A DNA stretch of 23,168 nt from a bacterium (GCA_046757165.1 JBHHXT010000065.1:1-23168); one strand, 5' to 3'; counted from the stretch's first letter, positions 6,377-15,743 are shown. Notes: a model not told the origin generated them from the letters alone. A program made the numbers and translations.

Positions 6377-7815
6377 AGCTTCACGCAGACATTCTTCGGT
6401 TCGGTAAAAAATCGCAGCGCCTCCAGGCCACCTTCCCGTCCCACGCCGGAATGCTTCATGCCGCCAAACGGTGACCGAAGGTCGCGCACCATCCAGCAAT
6501 TGATCCAGATGATGCCTGCCTGCAGTTGGTTGGCGATTCGGTGGGCTCTGCTCAAGTTCTCCGTCCAGATGGTTGCGGCCAACCCGTATTCAGTGGCGTT
6601 TGCCTGCTTCACCACCTCTTCCTCATCGTCGAATGCGATCAAGCTCACGACCGGGCCAAAGATTTCCTCCTGGTTGGTGCGGCACTCATTCGGCAACCCT
6701 TCGAGGATGGTTGGCTCGACAAACCAGCCGTTTCGGCAGCGGCCCTCGACCTCGACTTGTTTGCCGCCACACAACAGTTGTCCCCCTTCTTGCTGCCCGA
6801 GTTTAATGTAGGAAAGGATCTTGTTGCGATGCGTTTCCGAGACCACAGCGCCAAGCTGGCTTTTTTCTGACATCGGATCGCCGACTTTCAGCTCCCGCGC
6901 ACGCCCGACAAAATCCTGCTTGAATTTTTCGTAGAGCGGGCGTTGGACAAAAATCCTGGAACCACAAAGACAAATCTGGCCCTGGTTTGAAAAGGAAGAG
7001 CGCAAGGTGGTGTGCAACATTTCGTCATAATTGCAGTCCGAAAAAATGATGTTCGGATTCTTGCCGCCCATCTCGAGCGAAAGTTTTTTGAAAAGGGGAG
7101 AGGCGGCTCTGGAAATTTCGGCACCTGTTCGTGTGCTCCCGGTGAACGTGATGACAGGAATCCCCGGGTGCGCTGAAATGGCGGCCCCGACTTTGTGGCC
7201 GTAGCCGTGCACAATATTCAGGACCCCAGCCGGCAGACCCGCTTCCATGCAAAGCTTCGACAGCAAGTAGGCCGTCATCGGCGTGATCTCGGATGGCTTG
7301 CTCACAACACAGTTGCCAGCAGCCAGGGCGGGTGCAATTTTCCAGGTCAAAAGATAGAGCGGCAGGTTCCACGGTGAAATGCAACCCACCACCCCGATGG
7401 GATTGCGCACCGTGTAGTTGATGGCCCTCTGCGCCATCATGTGCGCTTCGCTGGCAAACTGCAAAATCGCGCCGGCAAAAAACCGCAGGTTGCTGGCAGC
7501 CCTCGGAATATCGACGGTTCGGGCAAGAGCAAGCGGTTTGCCATTGTCGATGCTCTCTGCAAGTGCCAGGTTATCCAGGTTTTGCTCGATGAGGTCGGCA
7601 ACATCGGTCAGCAGTTTTGCGCGTTTTTCGCCTGGCGTCATCGACCAGCTCGCGAACGCCTTCTGCGCCGCGCTCACGGCCACGTCTACCTCGCGTTCAT
7701 CGGAGTCGGGCACCAGGGAGTAAGTCTCGCCCGTGGCCGGTTCGACGTTGTCGATATATGTGCGAGCATGTGGAGGCGCGAGCTCGCCGTTGATGTAGTT
7801 TTGAATCGTCTCCAT
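6373..7815 (-). CDS. Aldehyde dehydrogenase, probable 2-aminomuconate 6-semialdehyde dehydrogenase (ALDH8-like)
   Basis: ISPWNLPLYLLTWKIAPA, FTGST, SLEMGGKN, NQGQICLCGSR and EEIFGPV motifs; operon context. Confidence 0.9.
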   Translation of the reverse strand: METIQNYINGELAPPHARTYIDNVEPATGETYSLVPDSDEREVDVAVSAAQKAFASWSMTPGEKRAKLLTDVADLIEQNLDNLALAESIDNGKPLALARTVDIPRAASNLRFFAGAILQFASEAHMMAQRAINYTVRNPIGVVGCISPWNLPLYLLTWKIAPALAAGNCVVSKPSEITPMTAYLLSKLCMEAGLPAGVLNIVHGYGHKVGAAISAHPGIPVITFTGSTRTGAEISRAASPLFKKLSLEMGGKNPNIIFSDCNYDEMLHTTLRSSFSNQGQICLCGSRIFVQRPLYEKFKQDFVGRARELKVGDPMSEKSQLGAVVSETHRNKILSYIKLGQQEGGQLLCGGKQVEVEGRCRNGWFVEPTILEGLPNECRTNQEEIFGPVVSLIAFDDEEEVVKQANATEYGLAATIWTENLSRAHRIANQLQAGIIWINCWMVRDLRSPFGGMKHSGVGREGGLEALRFFTEPKNVCVKL

Positions 7816-7908
7816 GCTCTTAGCTGCGTTTCAAAAGTCCATTTTGTTATTTTTGATCTGCGGGAATCAGGGAAAATCAGCGTCCGAAAAAAACAGGTGA
7901 ACTGTGAC

Positions 7909-8697
7909 CTACAGGCAGAGTGTCCTGCCACCATCGACGGGCAAGTTGATGCCATTGATGTAACTCGCTGACGGCGAGGCCAGAAAGGCGACAGCGTAAG
8001 CTAATTCTTCGGGCTCCGCAAATCGTCCCGTTGGAATCGCTGCTTTCCATTCTTCGGCAACCCGATCTGTGGATTGTCCCGTGCTCTCTGCCCGGTCTTC
8101 GATCAGGGCCTGCAGTCGCGCGGTCTTGGTGGCGCCAGGCAAGACATTGTTCACGGTGATGCCGAAGGGTGCCAGCTCCCCGGCCAGGGTCTTGGCCCAA
8201 TGGGCCACCGCACCTCGAATGGTATTCGAAACCCCGAGCCCTTTGATGGGTTGTTTGACCGAGGTCGAGATGATGTTGATAATCCGGCCGTATTTCTCCG
8301 ATTTCATGCCCGGGACCACTGCCCGGGTCAATGTCTGGTTACACAGGAGATGTTGTGAAAAGGCTGCCACAAATTCCTCGGGTTTGGCGTCAAAAACGGC
8401 ACCGGCGGGTGGGCCTCCAGAGTTGTTCACCAGGATGTGAACCGGTGCAGCGCTCTTGACATAGGTCTGGATGTTCTGCTCCAACGCCTCGACATCAGAG
8501 AAATCTACCGCCAGGACTTCATGCGATTGGCCCATGCTCCTGCGCAATTCCTTCTTGACGGTATGCAAAACAACTTCGTTACGTGCCATCAGAATCACCG
8601 TTGCGCCAAGCCGGGCCAGCTCGAGTGCGCAGGCCCGTCCAATGCCTTGCGAGCTGCCACACACAACGGCTCGCTTTCCAGTCAAATCAATCTGCAT
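7909..8697 (-). CDS. Short-chain dehydrogenase/reductase (SDR)
   Basis: GSSQGIG Rossmann motif, ILVNNSGGP and GINLPVDGG. It has SNTIR where the canonical YxxxK would be. The start overlaps the kynA end. Confidence 0.88.
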   Translation of the reverse strand: MQIDLTGKRAVVCGSSQGIGRACALELARLGATVILMARNEVVLHTVKKELRRSMGQSHEVLAVDFSDVEALEQNIQTYVKSAAPVHILVNNSGGPPAGAVFDAKPEEFVAAFSQHLLCNQTLTRAVVPGMKSEKYGRIINIISTSVKQPIKGLGVSNTIRGAVAHWAKTLAGELAPFGITVNNVLPGATKTARLQALIEDRAESTGQSTDRVAEEWKAAIPTGRFAEPEELAYAVAFLASPSASYINGINLPVDGGRTLCL

Positions 8698-9796
8698 GGT
8701 CACTGTAGGTGTAATAGAATCCAAGATTTTTCCGCAGCGTCTCTGGCAGCTCCGGCAGCTCAGAGCGCGGAATCAAGAAGGTCGATAGATTGGTTAGATC
8801 AGCAAATATTTTGTGACTCTCGGCCGTTGCTTTGAGATATTGGTGTCCGGACGAGCCCCCGGTGCCGATCTTGGTGCCAAGCATGCGCTGCACCATCAAC
8901 GCATGGCGGTAGCGCCAGGCGGTGAGCATCTCATCAATTTCAATCAAGGTCGTCAAAAACCTGAAGGGCATGTGTAAAATAGGCTCATCCCGGAACAGGT
9001 TGATCAGCAGCGCGGCCTGAGTTGCTTTGTGCGATAATCTTCGCACGCCTTTCGTCACCAACTGATCGTGTTTTTCAAGATCGAACAAGGCGAGGAAGTT
9101 TTTTTCGGTGCCTGAAAAGACCTCGAGTTCTTGCTCCTTCTCTGCCGCGGATAAAAGGGGATGGGTCTCGATGATCTGCTTGTCCCGCTGCAGCACCCGC
9201 TCGACCGCCCGGCGATAATTTCCCCAAAAATCAAAACCCTGCAAGTTCAGAAAAGGTGTGCGCTCCAGCCAATTTCCAACCAGATCATGCAAAGAAGGGT
9301 CTTGTTCCGACTCGAGGATGAGCTTCTGGTGTTCACTCGAAAGACGGCTGGTATACGCACTTTTGTCAAATAACTTGCGTTGTTCCGCCTTCAACCCCAA
9401 TTTGTTCTCGATCAAGCGGAACTGGTAGCTTTGAAACCCGGAGGCCGGCACCAGGAAATCGCGAAACTCCAGAAAATCCAGCGGGGTCATGGTTTCCAGA
9501 ATGTGCAACTGGTCGATGAGCAGCTTCTGGATTTCTGTGACTCTCGCCAGTCTGGTGACCGCGATGCCGATATTGTGCTCGTTGATATAGTGATGCTTGA
9601 AAATATCGATGACCGAATCGAGCTCGTGCAGGATTTGCTTGAACCAGAGCTCGTACGCCTGGTGCACGATGATAAAGAGCACCTCGTCGTGTGCAAGCGT
9701 GTCGGTGTATTCTTCACTCTTGGGATTCTGGCAGGAAAGGAGCTGATCTAATTTCAGGTAGTCACCGTAGTAGAGTGACGGATAGTTGTTTTTCAT
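8687..9796 (-). CDS. kynA: Tryptophan 2,3-dioxygenase (long form)
   Basis: YGDYLKLDQLL, HDEVLFIIVHQAYELWFKQ, PASGFQSYQFR and WRYRHALMVQRMLGTKIGTGGSSG motifs. Confidence 0.95.
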   Translation of the reverse strand: MKNNYPSLYYGDYLKLDQLLSCQNPKSEEYTDTLAHDEVLFIIVHQAYELWFKQILHELDSVIDIFKHHYINEHNIGIAVTRLARVTEIQKLLIDQLHILETMTPLDFLEFRDFLVPASGFQSYQFRLIENKLGLKAEQRKLFDKSAYTSRLSSEHQKLILESEQDPSLHDLVGNWLERTPFLNLQGFDFWGNYRRAVERVLQRDKQIIETHPLLSAAEKEQELEVFSGTEKNFLALFDLEKHDQLVTKGVRRLSHKATQAALLINLFRDEPILHMPFRFLTTLIEIDEMLTAWRYRHALMVQRMLGTKIGTGGSSGHQYLKATAESHKIFADLTNLSTFLIPRSELPELPETLRKNLGFYYTYSDHAD

Positions 9797-9834
9797 GCAC
9801 GATCCTCGTTTGAGATCTCTAAGCTGAACGACTC

Positions 9835-9863
9835 AGGCTAAACAAATATTCTCAAAAAGTCAA
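9835..9863 (-). promoter_or_regulatory. Putative sigma70 promoter of the kynurenine cluster
   Basis: TTGACT, 17 bp spacer, TAGCCT on the minus strand, about 40 bp upstream of the kynA start. Confidence 0.45.
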
Positions 9864-9895
9864 GTCATTTTTGTCAGGCAAAAGGGGAAAGCAAC

Positions 9896-9931
9896 GCCCG
9901 CTGAGAAGGCTTTCACCTCACTTCAGCGGGC
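9896..9931 (-). terminator. Possible terminator hairpin downstream of the secreted-protein gene
   Basis: gcccgctga / tcagcgggc arms, followed on the minus strand by an interrupted T-rich tract. Confidence 0.35.
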
Positions 9932-9988
9932 TCAGTTGCGGTTCGAGCAGGAGATGGAGAGAGCGTTCCGGCAGGCCAGAAAACGCCC

Positions 9989-10924
9989 TCAAAGATTCTC
10001 TGGCGAGAACTCACTCATGGAGAGCGGGCGGTCGAGGACGGTGAACGCTTTCGAGCTTTCCGTCACCCGGCCGGTATCCTCATCCTCGATTCGGACAATG
10101 AGCGAGTACCGGCCATTGAGAAAATGGCTCACCGGCAGCCTGATGCTGTGGGCCGAGGTGACGCCCGGCTTGGGATGTGACCGCTTGAGATGAGCGAATT
10201 GCTTGCCATCTTGATCTTTGATGATAAAGTGGGCGAGATAATTGGTGCTCTCTTTCAGATCCGGCTCGATCAAATTGTAGATCTCAAAATAAACATAAAT
10301 ATCGGCTAACCCGTGTGCGAAGATTCGAACAGCGTTGGGCTCGATGTAGCGGCGATTCTTGACATACGGCTGGCCATCCTCCCCGGGTTCTATCTTCTGG
10401 CTCAACTGAATGTCGCTGATCTGCAAATCTTTCGAGGTAAAGTTTTGCACAGAGCAGGGTTGGTGGATGCGGGTGGATTTGCGTGTTTCCCGGTCTTTGA
10501 GGGTCGATTTGACCGTATAGCTCCCGGGCTCCACTGTAAATCCCAGCAGCAATATGCGGGCTTTCTGTCTGGAGAGCGTTTGTGCGAATGTGTCGACCTG
10601 GAAGCGGTCATCCGTTTGGTAGCTTTCAACAGACTTGCCTTGTTCATCGAGCAAGGCAAAATCCAGGTCGTAGCCGGCCTCAAACCTCTTGCCGTTTTTG
10701 TAGAATTGTAAGTCCCGATAGCCAACCTGGATATAGAATTCGACGTACGTCTTGTTATCCAATCCCTGAAAGCTGGCATAATCAACATAATAGACAGGAC
10801 CTTCCCCGGTTGATTCGAACGGCGCCGAGGCCTTGACTTCCTTTGCTGCCAAGGTCGGAACAATCGGAACAAGTAGGGCGAATCCTGTGGACAGTAGAAA
10901 CCCGAACAACATATTCTTTTTCAT
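9989..10924 (-). CDS. Secreted hypothetical protein resembling the N-terminal beta-rich region of GWxTD-domain proteins
   Basis: Signal peptide, then YYVDYASF..TYVEFYIQV..L.F, LQISDIQL, YIEPNAVRIF and YVYFEIYNL patterns. No GWxTD motif is present. GGAGG RBS. Confidence 0.6.
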   Translation of the reverse strand: MKKNMLFGFLLSTGFALLVPIVPTLAAKEVKASAPFESTGEGPVYYVDYASFQGLDNKTYVEFYIQVGYRDLQFYKNGKRFEAGYDLDFALLDEQGKSVESYQTDDRFQVDTFAQTLSRQKARILLLGFTVEPGSYTVKSTLKDRETRKSTRIHQPCSVQNFTSKDLQISDIQLSQKIEPGEDGQPYVKNRRYIEPNAVRIFAHGLADIYVYFEIYNLIEPDLKESTNYLAHFIIKDQDGKQFAHLKRSHPKPGVTSAHSIRLPVSHFLNGRYSLIVRIEDEDTGRVTESSKAFTVLDRPLSMSEFSPENL

Positions 10925-11134
10925 GACGCCTCCAGATGTTACTTTATTCTATAGTATCGGGAAAGATTAGCAAGTCATAACAACCCCAAAAAATTTAGAA
11001 TTAAAGATATTGTAAAATATCGTAACCTCTGTTAGGTTTCTTTAAATTAGATGACGGCAATAGGTGAACCCTGAAACCAGAAAGAGGCGGTTTTTCTCAG
11101 GTATTGTTTATAAATGGGTAACTAAACTTTTTGC

Positions 11135-11163
11135 TTGACAGTGGACCTTTTATTTGTTATCTT
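11135..11163 (+). promoter_or_regulatory. Sigma70 promoter upstream of the TonB-dependent receptor
   Basis: Consensus TTGACA (11135-11140), 17 bp spacer, TATCTT (11158-11163) with an extended -10 TG. Confidence 0.65.
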
Positions 11164-11387
11164 ATTGTCACCTTTCAAGAAGAATCACCACTACCGTCGT
11201 TCCAATTTCGCTTAAGCAAGACTTGTTGAGCATTGTAAAGGGCTGGTACGAGTGACCGAATGAATTCGGAGCCAGAATCACAGTGTCACATGAACTTTTG
11301 GTAAGGAGGTGATATCTGCACAGAGTGAAGCTCGGTTTCGGTGTAGGGAAATCAACAAAATCTTTAATGTATAAGGAGGGCAAACAA

Positions 11388-14093
11388 ATGCAGTTGAGAA
11401 AGATCCACCATTTTGCTACGCTGATAGTATCGCTTTGTTTGTTGGTTTCAGCTTCGGACACATTGGCGCAGGGGAAGGGAACGATTACCGGCAAAGTCAT
11501 GTCGGCGGCTCAGGAGGCCCTGCCAGGCGCCAATGTTACCATTGTTGGAACGCTGAGAGGTTCAAGCGTCAGTACTGATGGCACGTATAGTTTTGCTGTT
11601 GAACCTGGCACCTACACGATAAGGGCGAGTTTTATCGGATACAGTGCCGAGGAAAAAGAAGTGCAAGTGGTCGCCGACGAGGCAGTAACGGTTGACTTCC
11701 AGTTGGAAGAAGACGTTTTGTCGATGAGCGAAATCCTGGTCACGGGTTCACGCACCAGAGGCCGCACCGCAATGAAGTCTCCGGTGCCCATTGACACGTT
11801 TCATGGCAAAATTCTGGAACGCCAGGGCAATGGCGAAATGACAGAAACATTAAAGAACGTCGTACCGTCCTTTACAGCGACTCCGCTGACCGGTGACGGT
11901 GCCGCATTCGTACGGCCGACATCGCTGCGCGGCCTGCCGCCGGATGATATTCTGGTTCTGATGAATTCCAAACGCCGGCATCGTTCATCGTTGATCTCCC
12001 ATTTCGGCGCCGCGATGAATGTCGGCGCCCACGCCGTGGACGTTGGTATGATTCCGAGCATTGCCTTAAAGAAGCTTGAAATCTTGCGTGATGGCGCTTC
12101 GGCACAGTACGGTTCGGATGCGATTGCGGGTGTGATGAATTTCATTTTGAAAGACAATTCAAAAGGTATCGAAGTCCAGGCCACAACCAGTCGTTGGTAT
12201 ACAGCCCCCAACGATAGGGGCCGCGAAACCGATGTAAAGCTCGCCGTCAATGCTGGCTTGCCCCTTACTAAAAAGGGCTTTCTGAACCTCAGTGGTGAGT
12301 ATATCAGCAATCCGGAGCTTTCCCGCGGTGTCCAGCATGCATCCGCTGCCGAAGGGTACAAAGGATGGACAGCGGGTGCAGATGTAGATGACTGGGATCC
12401 GGCGATGAATTGGGGCCGTCCGAAGAGTAGCGGTTTTCGTTCTGTGTGGAATGCCGGACTGACAGTGGGCGATCACGCAGAAGCTTATTCCTTTGGTAAT
12501 TATGCGGACACTGAGGGCAATTACAGCTTTTTCTACCGCGCGCCGGGAAGGACCGGCGCCCTGACGCCCATACCGCTTGACCCCACGGATCCGTCCAAAG
12601 GAAACTTTTCCTGGGGCGATACGTTCCCGCTGGGATTTACACCGCGTCTTCAAGGAGACCAAAAGGATTTTAGCGGGGTAGTGGGTCTCAGGGGTAAACT
12701 CGAACTCGGCAACGGTCTGGATTATGACCTGAGCGCCAGCTACGGGTATAACCGCATCTCGTATACGCTCAATGGATCACTGAACCTCTCCTGGGGACCG
12801 GATTCTCCATTCGTTTTCGATATAGGCGATTTGAGGCAAAGCGAAACCAATTACAACGCGGATTTCTCGTATCCTCTCTCCGACAAGTTCAATGTGGCCT
12901 TCGGTGCTGAATGGCGCGAAGAGGTCTACCAGATGTTTGAAGGACAAAAAGAATCGTGGTCGCCCGGACCCTGGGCTAAGGTCCACTTGTTGATCGACCC
13001 GGAAACCGGCGAAAACTATACCCCTCCTGGCCTGGTCGCCAATGGCATGCGCGGCACGAGCCGGGACGAAGCGGGTATCTTTGACCGCCAAAACACGGCA
13101 ATTTATGTTGATGCTGAATGGGATGTCAGTGAAGACTTCCTGATTCAAGCTGCGGGCCGTTTCGAAGATTTTTCCGATTTTGGGACGACCACGAACGGCA
13201 AACTTGCGGCCCGTTTTAGTCTGTCTGACCAATTTGCTCTTCGGGCCGCTGTATCTACAGGTTTCCGGGCGCCCACCCCTGGTCAGGCGAACGTGACGAC
13301 CATCGTTACCTCGTTCGATGGCGTGACCGGCGAACAGATCCAGGAAGGCACTGTGCGTCCGGACGACCCACTGGCTGTTGCCTTGGGCGGCGCGGCTCTA
13401 GAACCGGAAGATGCCTTAAACTTCAGCTTTGGTTTGACAGCACGTCCCTCTATGAACCTGAGTCTGACGGTTGATGCTTACCAAATTGACGTAGACAGCC
13501 GCATCATAAAATCAAGAGCACTTCCCGTCGATCCAGTCCAGCATCCGGACGTTTTTCGGGAATTGCAGGAGCTTGCCTTCTACACCAATGCTCTTGATAC
13601 GCGCACAAAGGGTTTGGATGTCGTCGCGGTCTTTAACCTGAATCAGGGAGAGGTCACCAACACTAATTTCAGCCTGGCCTACAACTACAATGAAACTGAC
13701 GTGCTCAGGCAACGCGAGATTGGCGGTCAATTGCCTGTAACTGAGGGGCATATTAGAAATATCGAGGAGAACCTGCCGAAGCACCGTGCCAATGTAACGG
13801 TGGTTCAAGGACTCACCGACAAGTTCTCTGCCATGCTCCGTGGCAATTACTACGGCTCAACCGTAGACGAGCGCGGCACAAAGGAGGAGGTTGGCTCTGA
13901 AATTCTCGTCGACCTGGAGCTGACCTACCGAGTCAGCAACGCTCTCAGGCTGATCGGCGGTGCGAACAACATTTTCAACAATTATCCGGACGAGATTAGC
14001 ACCCGGTTGTCACAAGGCATGCCTTACCCACGCCGGACACCAATCAGCTATAACGGTGGTCTGGTGTACCTGCGTGCAGTGTATCAGTTCTAG
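11388..14093 (+). CDS. TonB-dependent outer membrane receptor with N-terminal carboxypeptidase-regulatory-like domain
   Basis: Signal peptide, GTITGKV..LPGANVTIVGT domain, ILVTGSR, plug motif LEILRDGASAQYGSDAIAGVMNFILK, STGFRAP and C-terminal YQF. AAGGAGG RBS before the ATG at 11388. Confidence 0.93.
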   Translation: MQLRKIHHFATLIVSLCLLVSASDTLAQGKGTITGKVMSAAQEALPGANVTIVGTLRGSSVSTDGTYSFAVEPGTYTIRASFIGYSAEEKEVQVVADEAVTVDFQLEEDVLSMSEILVTGSRTRGRTAMKSPVPIDTFHGKILERQGNGEMTETLKNVVPSFTATPLTGDGAAFVRPTSLRGLPPDDILVLMNSKRRHRSSLISHFGAAMNVGAHAVDVGMIPSIALKKLEILRDGASAQYGSDAIAGVMNFILKDNSKGIEVQATTSRWYTAPNDRGRETDVKLAVNAGLPLTKKGFLNLSGEYISNPELSRGVQHASAAEGYKGWTAGADVDDWDPAMNWGRPKSSGFRSVWNAGLTVGDHAEAYSFGNYADTEGNYSFFYRAPGRTGALTPIPLDPTDPSKGNFSWGDTFPLGFTPRLQGDQKDFSGVVGLRGKLELGNGLDYDLSASYGYNRISYTLNGSLNLSWGPDSPFVFDIGDLRQSETNYNADFSYPLSDKFNVAFGAEWREEVYQMFEGQKESWSPGPWAKVHLLIDPETGENYTPPGLVANGMRGTSRDEAGIFDRQNTAIYVDAEWDVSEDFLIQAAGRFEDFSDFGTTTNGKLAARFSLSDQFALRAAVSTGFRAPTPGQANVTTIVTSFDGVTGEQIQEGTVRPDDPLAVALGGAALEPEDALNFSFGLTARPSMNLSLTVDAYQIDVDSRIIKSRALPVDPVQHPDVFRELQELAFYTNALDTRTKGLDVVAVFNLNQGEVTNTNFSLAYNYNETDVLRQREIGGQLPVTEGHIRNIEENLPKHRANVTVVQGLTDKFSAMLRGNYYGSTVDERGTKEEVGSEILVDLELTYRVSNALRLIGGANNIFNNYPDEISTRLSQGMPYPRRTPISYNGGLVYLRAVYQF

Positions 14094-14127
14094 TGGTTTG
14101 AATCCTTTTTCAAGTTTTGTTCAAAAG

Positions 14128-14164
14128 AAAACCCCTATCCGAAATTTTCGGGTAGGGGTTTTTT
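14128..14164 (+). terminator. Rho-independent terminator
   Basis: aaaacccctatccgaa / ttcgggtaggggtttt stem with a T-tract directly after the receptor gene. Confidence 0.8.
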
Positions 14165-14235
14165 ATTAGGGCGGTCTTCGGCAATACATCGAGACGACAA
14201 TTGGAGAATGCTAACGCCATAGAAGGAGGGTTGAT

Positions 14236-15375
14236 TTGAAAAAGTATTCACCTAGTACGCTTCTCGCCCAGGCAGGACATTTCGTGGATGGGGTGACCGG
14301 CGCGGTTACGCCGCCGATCCACCCCTCGACAACGTTTGCACGGGGCGATGACTATGAACTCATTGGCAACTATCGCTACAGCCGCTATCAAAATCCTACT
14401 TACGATCAAGTTGAACACCTTGCCGCCGAGCTAGATCGTGGGGCTGAAGCCAAGTTATTCGCGTCCGGAATGGCAGCCATCAGTGCGGTCTTTGCGACTG
14501 TTGACACGGGTCAGCATATTGTGGCGCCTACGATTATGTACCACGGTGCACAGGATTGGCTAAGACGGATCGCCGATAAAAGTGACATCGGACTCACCCT
14601 GTTTGAAGCAACCGACCCAAATGCTCTGCGGCAAGCAATCAAGCCTGGCAAAACAGCCATCGTGTGGATCGAAACACCCGTCAATCCAACGTGGGACGTT
14701 ATTGACATTGCCGACTCGGCGCAAGCTGCCCACGATGCCGGCGCAATCCTTGGGGTGGACTGCACGGTCTCCACGCCAATCACAACGCGGGCTTTGGACC
14801 TGGGCGCTGATCTCGTCTTCCACTCGGCAACGAAGTATCTGAACGGGCACAGTGACGTCACCGCCGGCATTTTGGTGACCAGGAAGACTGACGAGCGTTG
14901 GGAAGAGATTAAGTTCATTCGTAAACATGTTGGCGGAGTTTTGGGGGCATTCGAGTCATGGTTACTACTGCGCGGCATGCGGACGCTTGCGATCAGATTT
15001 GAGCGCGCCTCCAGCAACGCACTGAAAATCGCTCAACACTTCGAGGGCCACAAAAATGTCGAGGCGATGTTGTATCCGGGTCTTGAGAGTCACCCGGGAC
15101 ACGAGATCGCTAAACGCCAGATGACGAATGGCTTTGGGGGTATGTTATCGCTATGCGTGAAGGGGGGTGCAACGGAAGCCAAAGCGGTAGCCACAAAGCT
15201 GAAGTTATTCGTATCTGCAACCTCTCTTGGCGGTGTGGAAAGCCTGGTTGAGCACCGGGCTTCTGTGGAGGGTCCGCTGAGTCAGGTACAGCCGAATCTG
15301 TTGCGACTTTCAGTGGGCATTGAGGAGGTTGACGATCTGATCGCTGACCTTGAGCAAGCTTTTGAAATCATTTGA
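14236..15375 (+). CDS. PLP-dependent trans-sulfuration enzyme (cystathionine gamma-synthase/lyase family)
   Basis: YSRYQNPT, FASGMAA, WIETPVNP, HSATKYLNGHSDV (PLP lysine), SLGGVESL and LRLSVGIE motifs. TTG start with GGAGG RBS. Confidence 0.92.
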   Translation: MKKYSPSTLLAQAGHFVDGVTGAVTPPIHPSTTFARGDDYELIGNYRYSRYQNPTYDQVEHLAAELDRGAEAKLFASGMAAISAVFATVDTGQHIVAPTIMYHGAQDWLRRIADKSDIGLTLFEATDPNALRQAIKPGKTAIVWIETPVNPTWDVIDIADSAQAAHDAGAILGVDCTVSTPITTRALDLGADLVFHSATKYLNGHSDVTAGILVTRKTDERWEEIKFIRKHVGGVLGAFESWLLLRGMRTLAIRFERASSNALKIAQHFEGHKNVEAMLYPGLESHPGHEIAKRQMTNGFGGMLSLCVKGGATEAKAVATKLKLFVSATSLGGVESLVEHRASVEGPLSQVQPNLLRLSVGIEEVDDLIADLEQAFEII

Positions 15376-15442
15376 ACTAGTCTGACACATGGTTGTGTAC
15401 GCGCGGCGGGAGGAAACTCAAGCATATGCCGCCACCAAAGAA

Positions 15443-15743
15443 TCATGCTCTGCAGCGTCGTTCCAACTCCTGAAAGCGAAGCATCTGTTCTTTGGCCAAC
15501 TCATCACATTCCTGCGGTGTGAAAGAGGTGCAGCCAAAATTCAACGTTCGAACAGCAGGTTCGATCAATGCAACATTTCCAATTCCTAGCATTGTTAATC
15601 TTAGCCTCAACATCTTCAAGATGAACATCCGCAGCGACTACATCGATATCAAAATCACTTCGAACAAGAAATTCGAGGAGATAACGTCCGACTTCACCAA
15701 TGCCTATTATCAACACTGTTGGTTTGTCCACAGTCTTATCCAT
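15443..15743 (-). pseudogene. Internally deleted and frameshifted NAD(P)-binding oxidoreductase-like gene
   Basis: Rossmann N-terminus VLIIGIGEVG with a good RBS. The reading frame degenerates after about 53 codons, while a second frame carries protein-like GIGNVALIEPAVR..FGCTSFTPQECDELAKEQMLRFQEL. Confidence 0.6.

Noticed and set aside
3329..8724. Longer N-terminal ORF calls (starts at 4420, 5865, 6499, 8724)
   Set aside because: They overlap upstream genes or repeats. Internal starts with an RBS or stop-start coupling fit the family lengths better.
9900..9991. TGA readthrough or selenocysteine extension into a GWxTD domain
   Set aside because: The downstream frame is short, hits further stops and shows no GWxTD-like sequence.
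11164..11387. Cobalamin, TPP, SAM or glycine riboswitch
   Set aside because: I could not find the conserved core motifs of these classes by eye.
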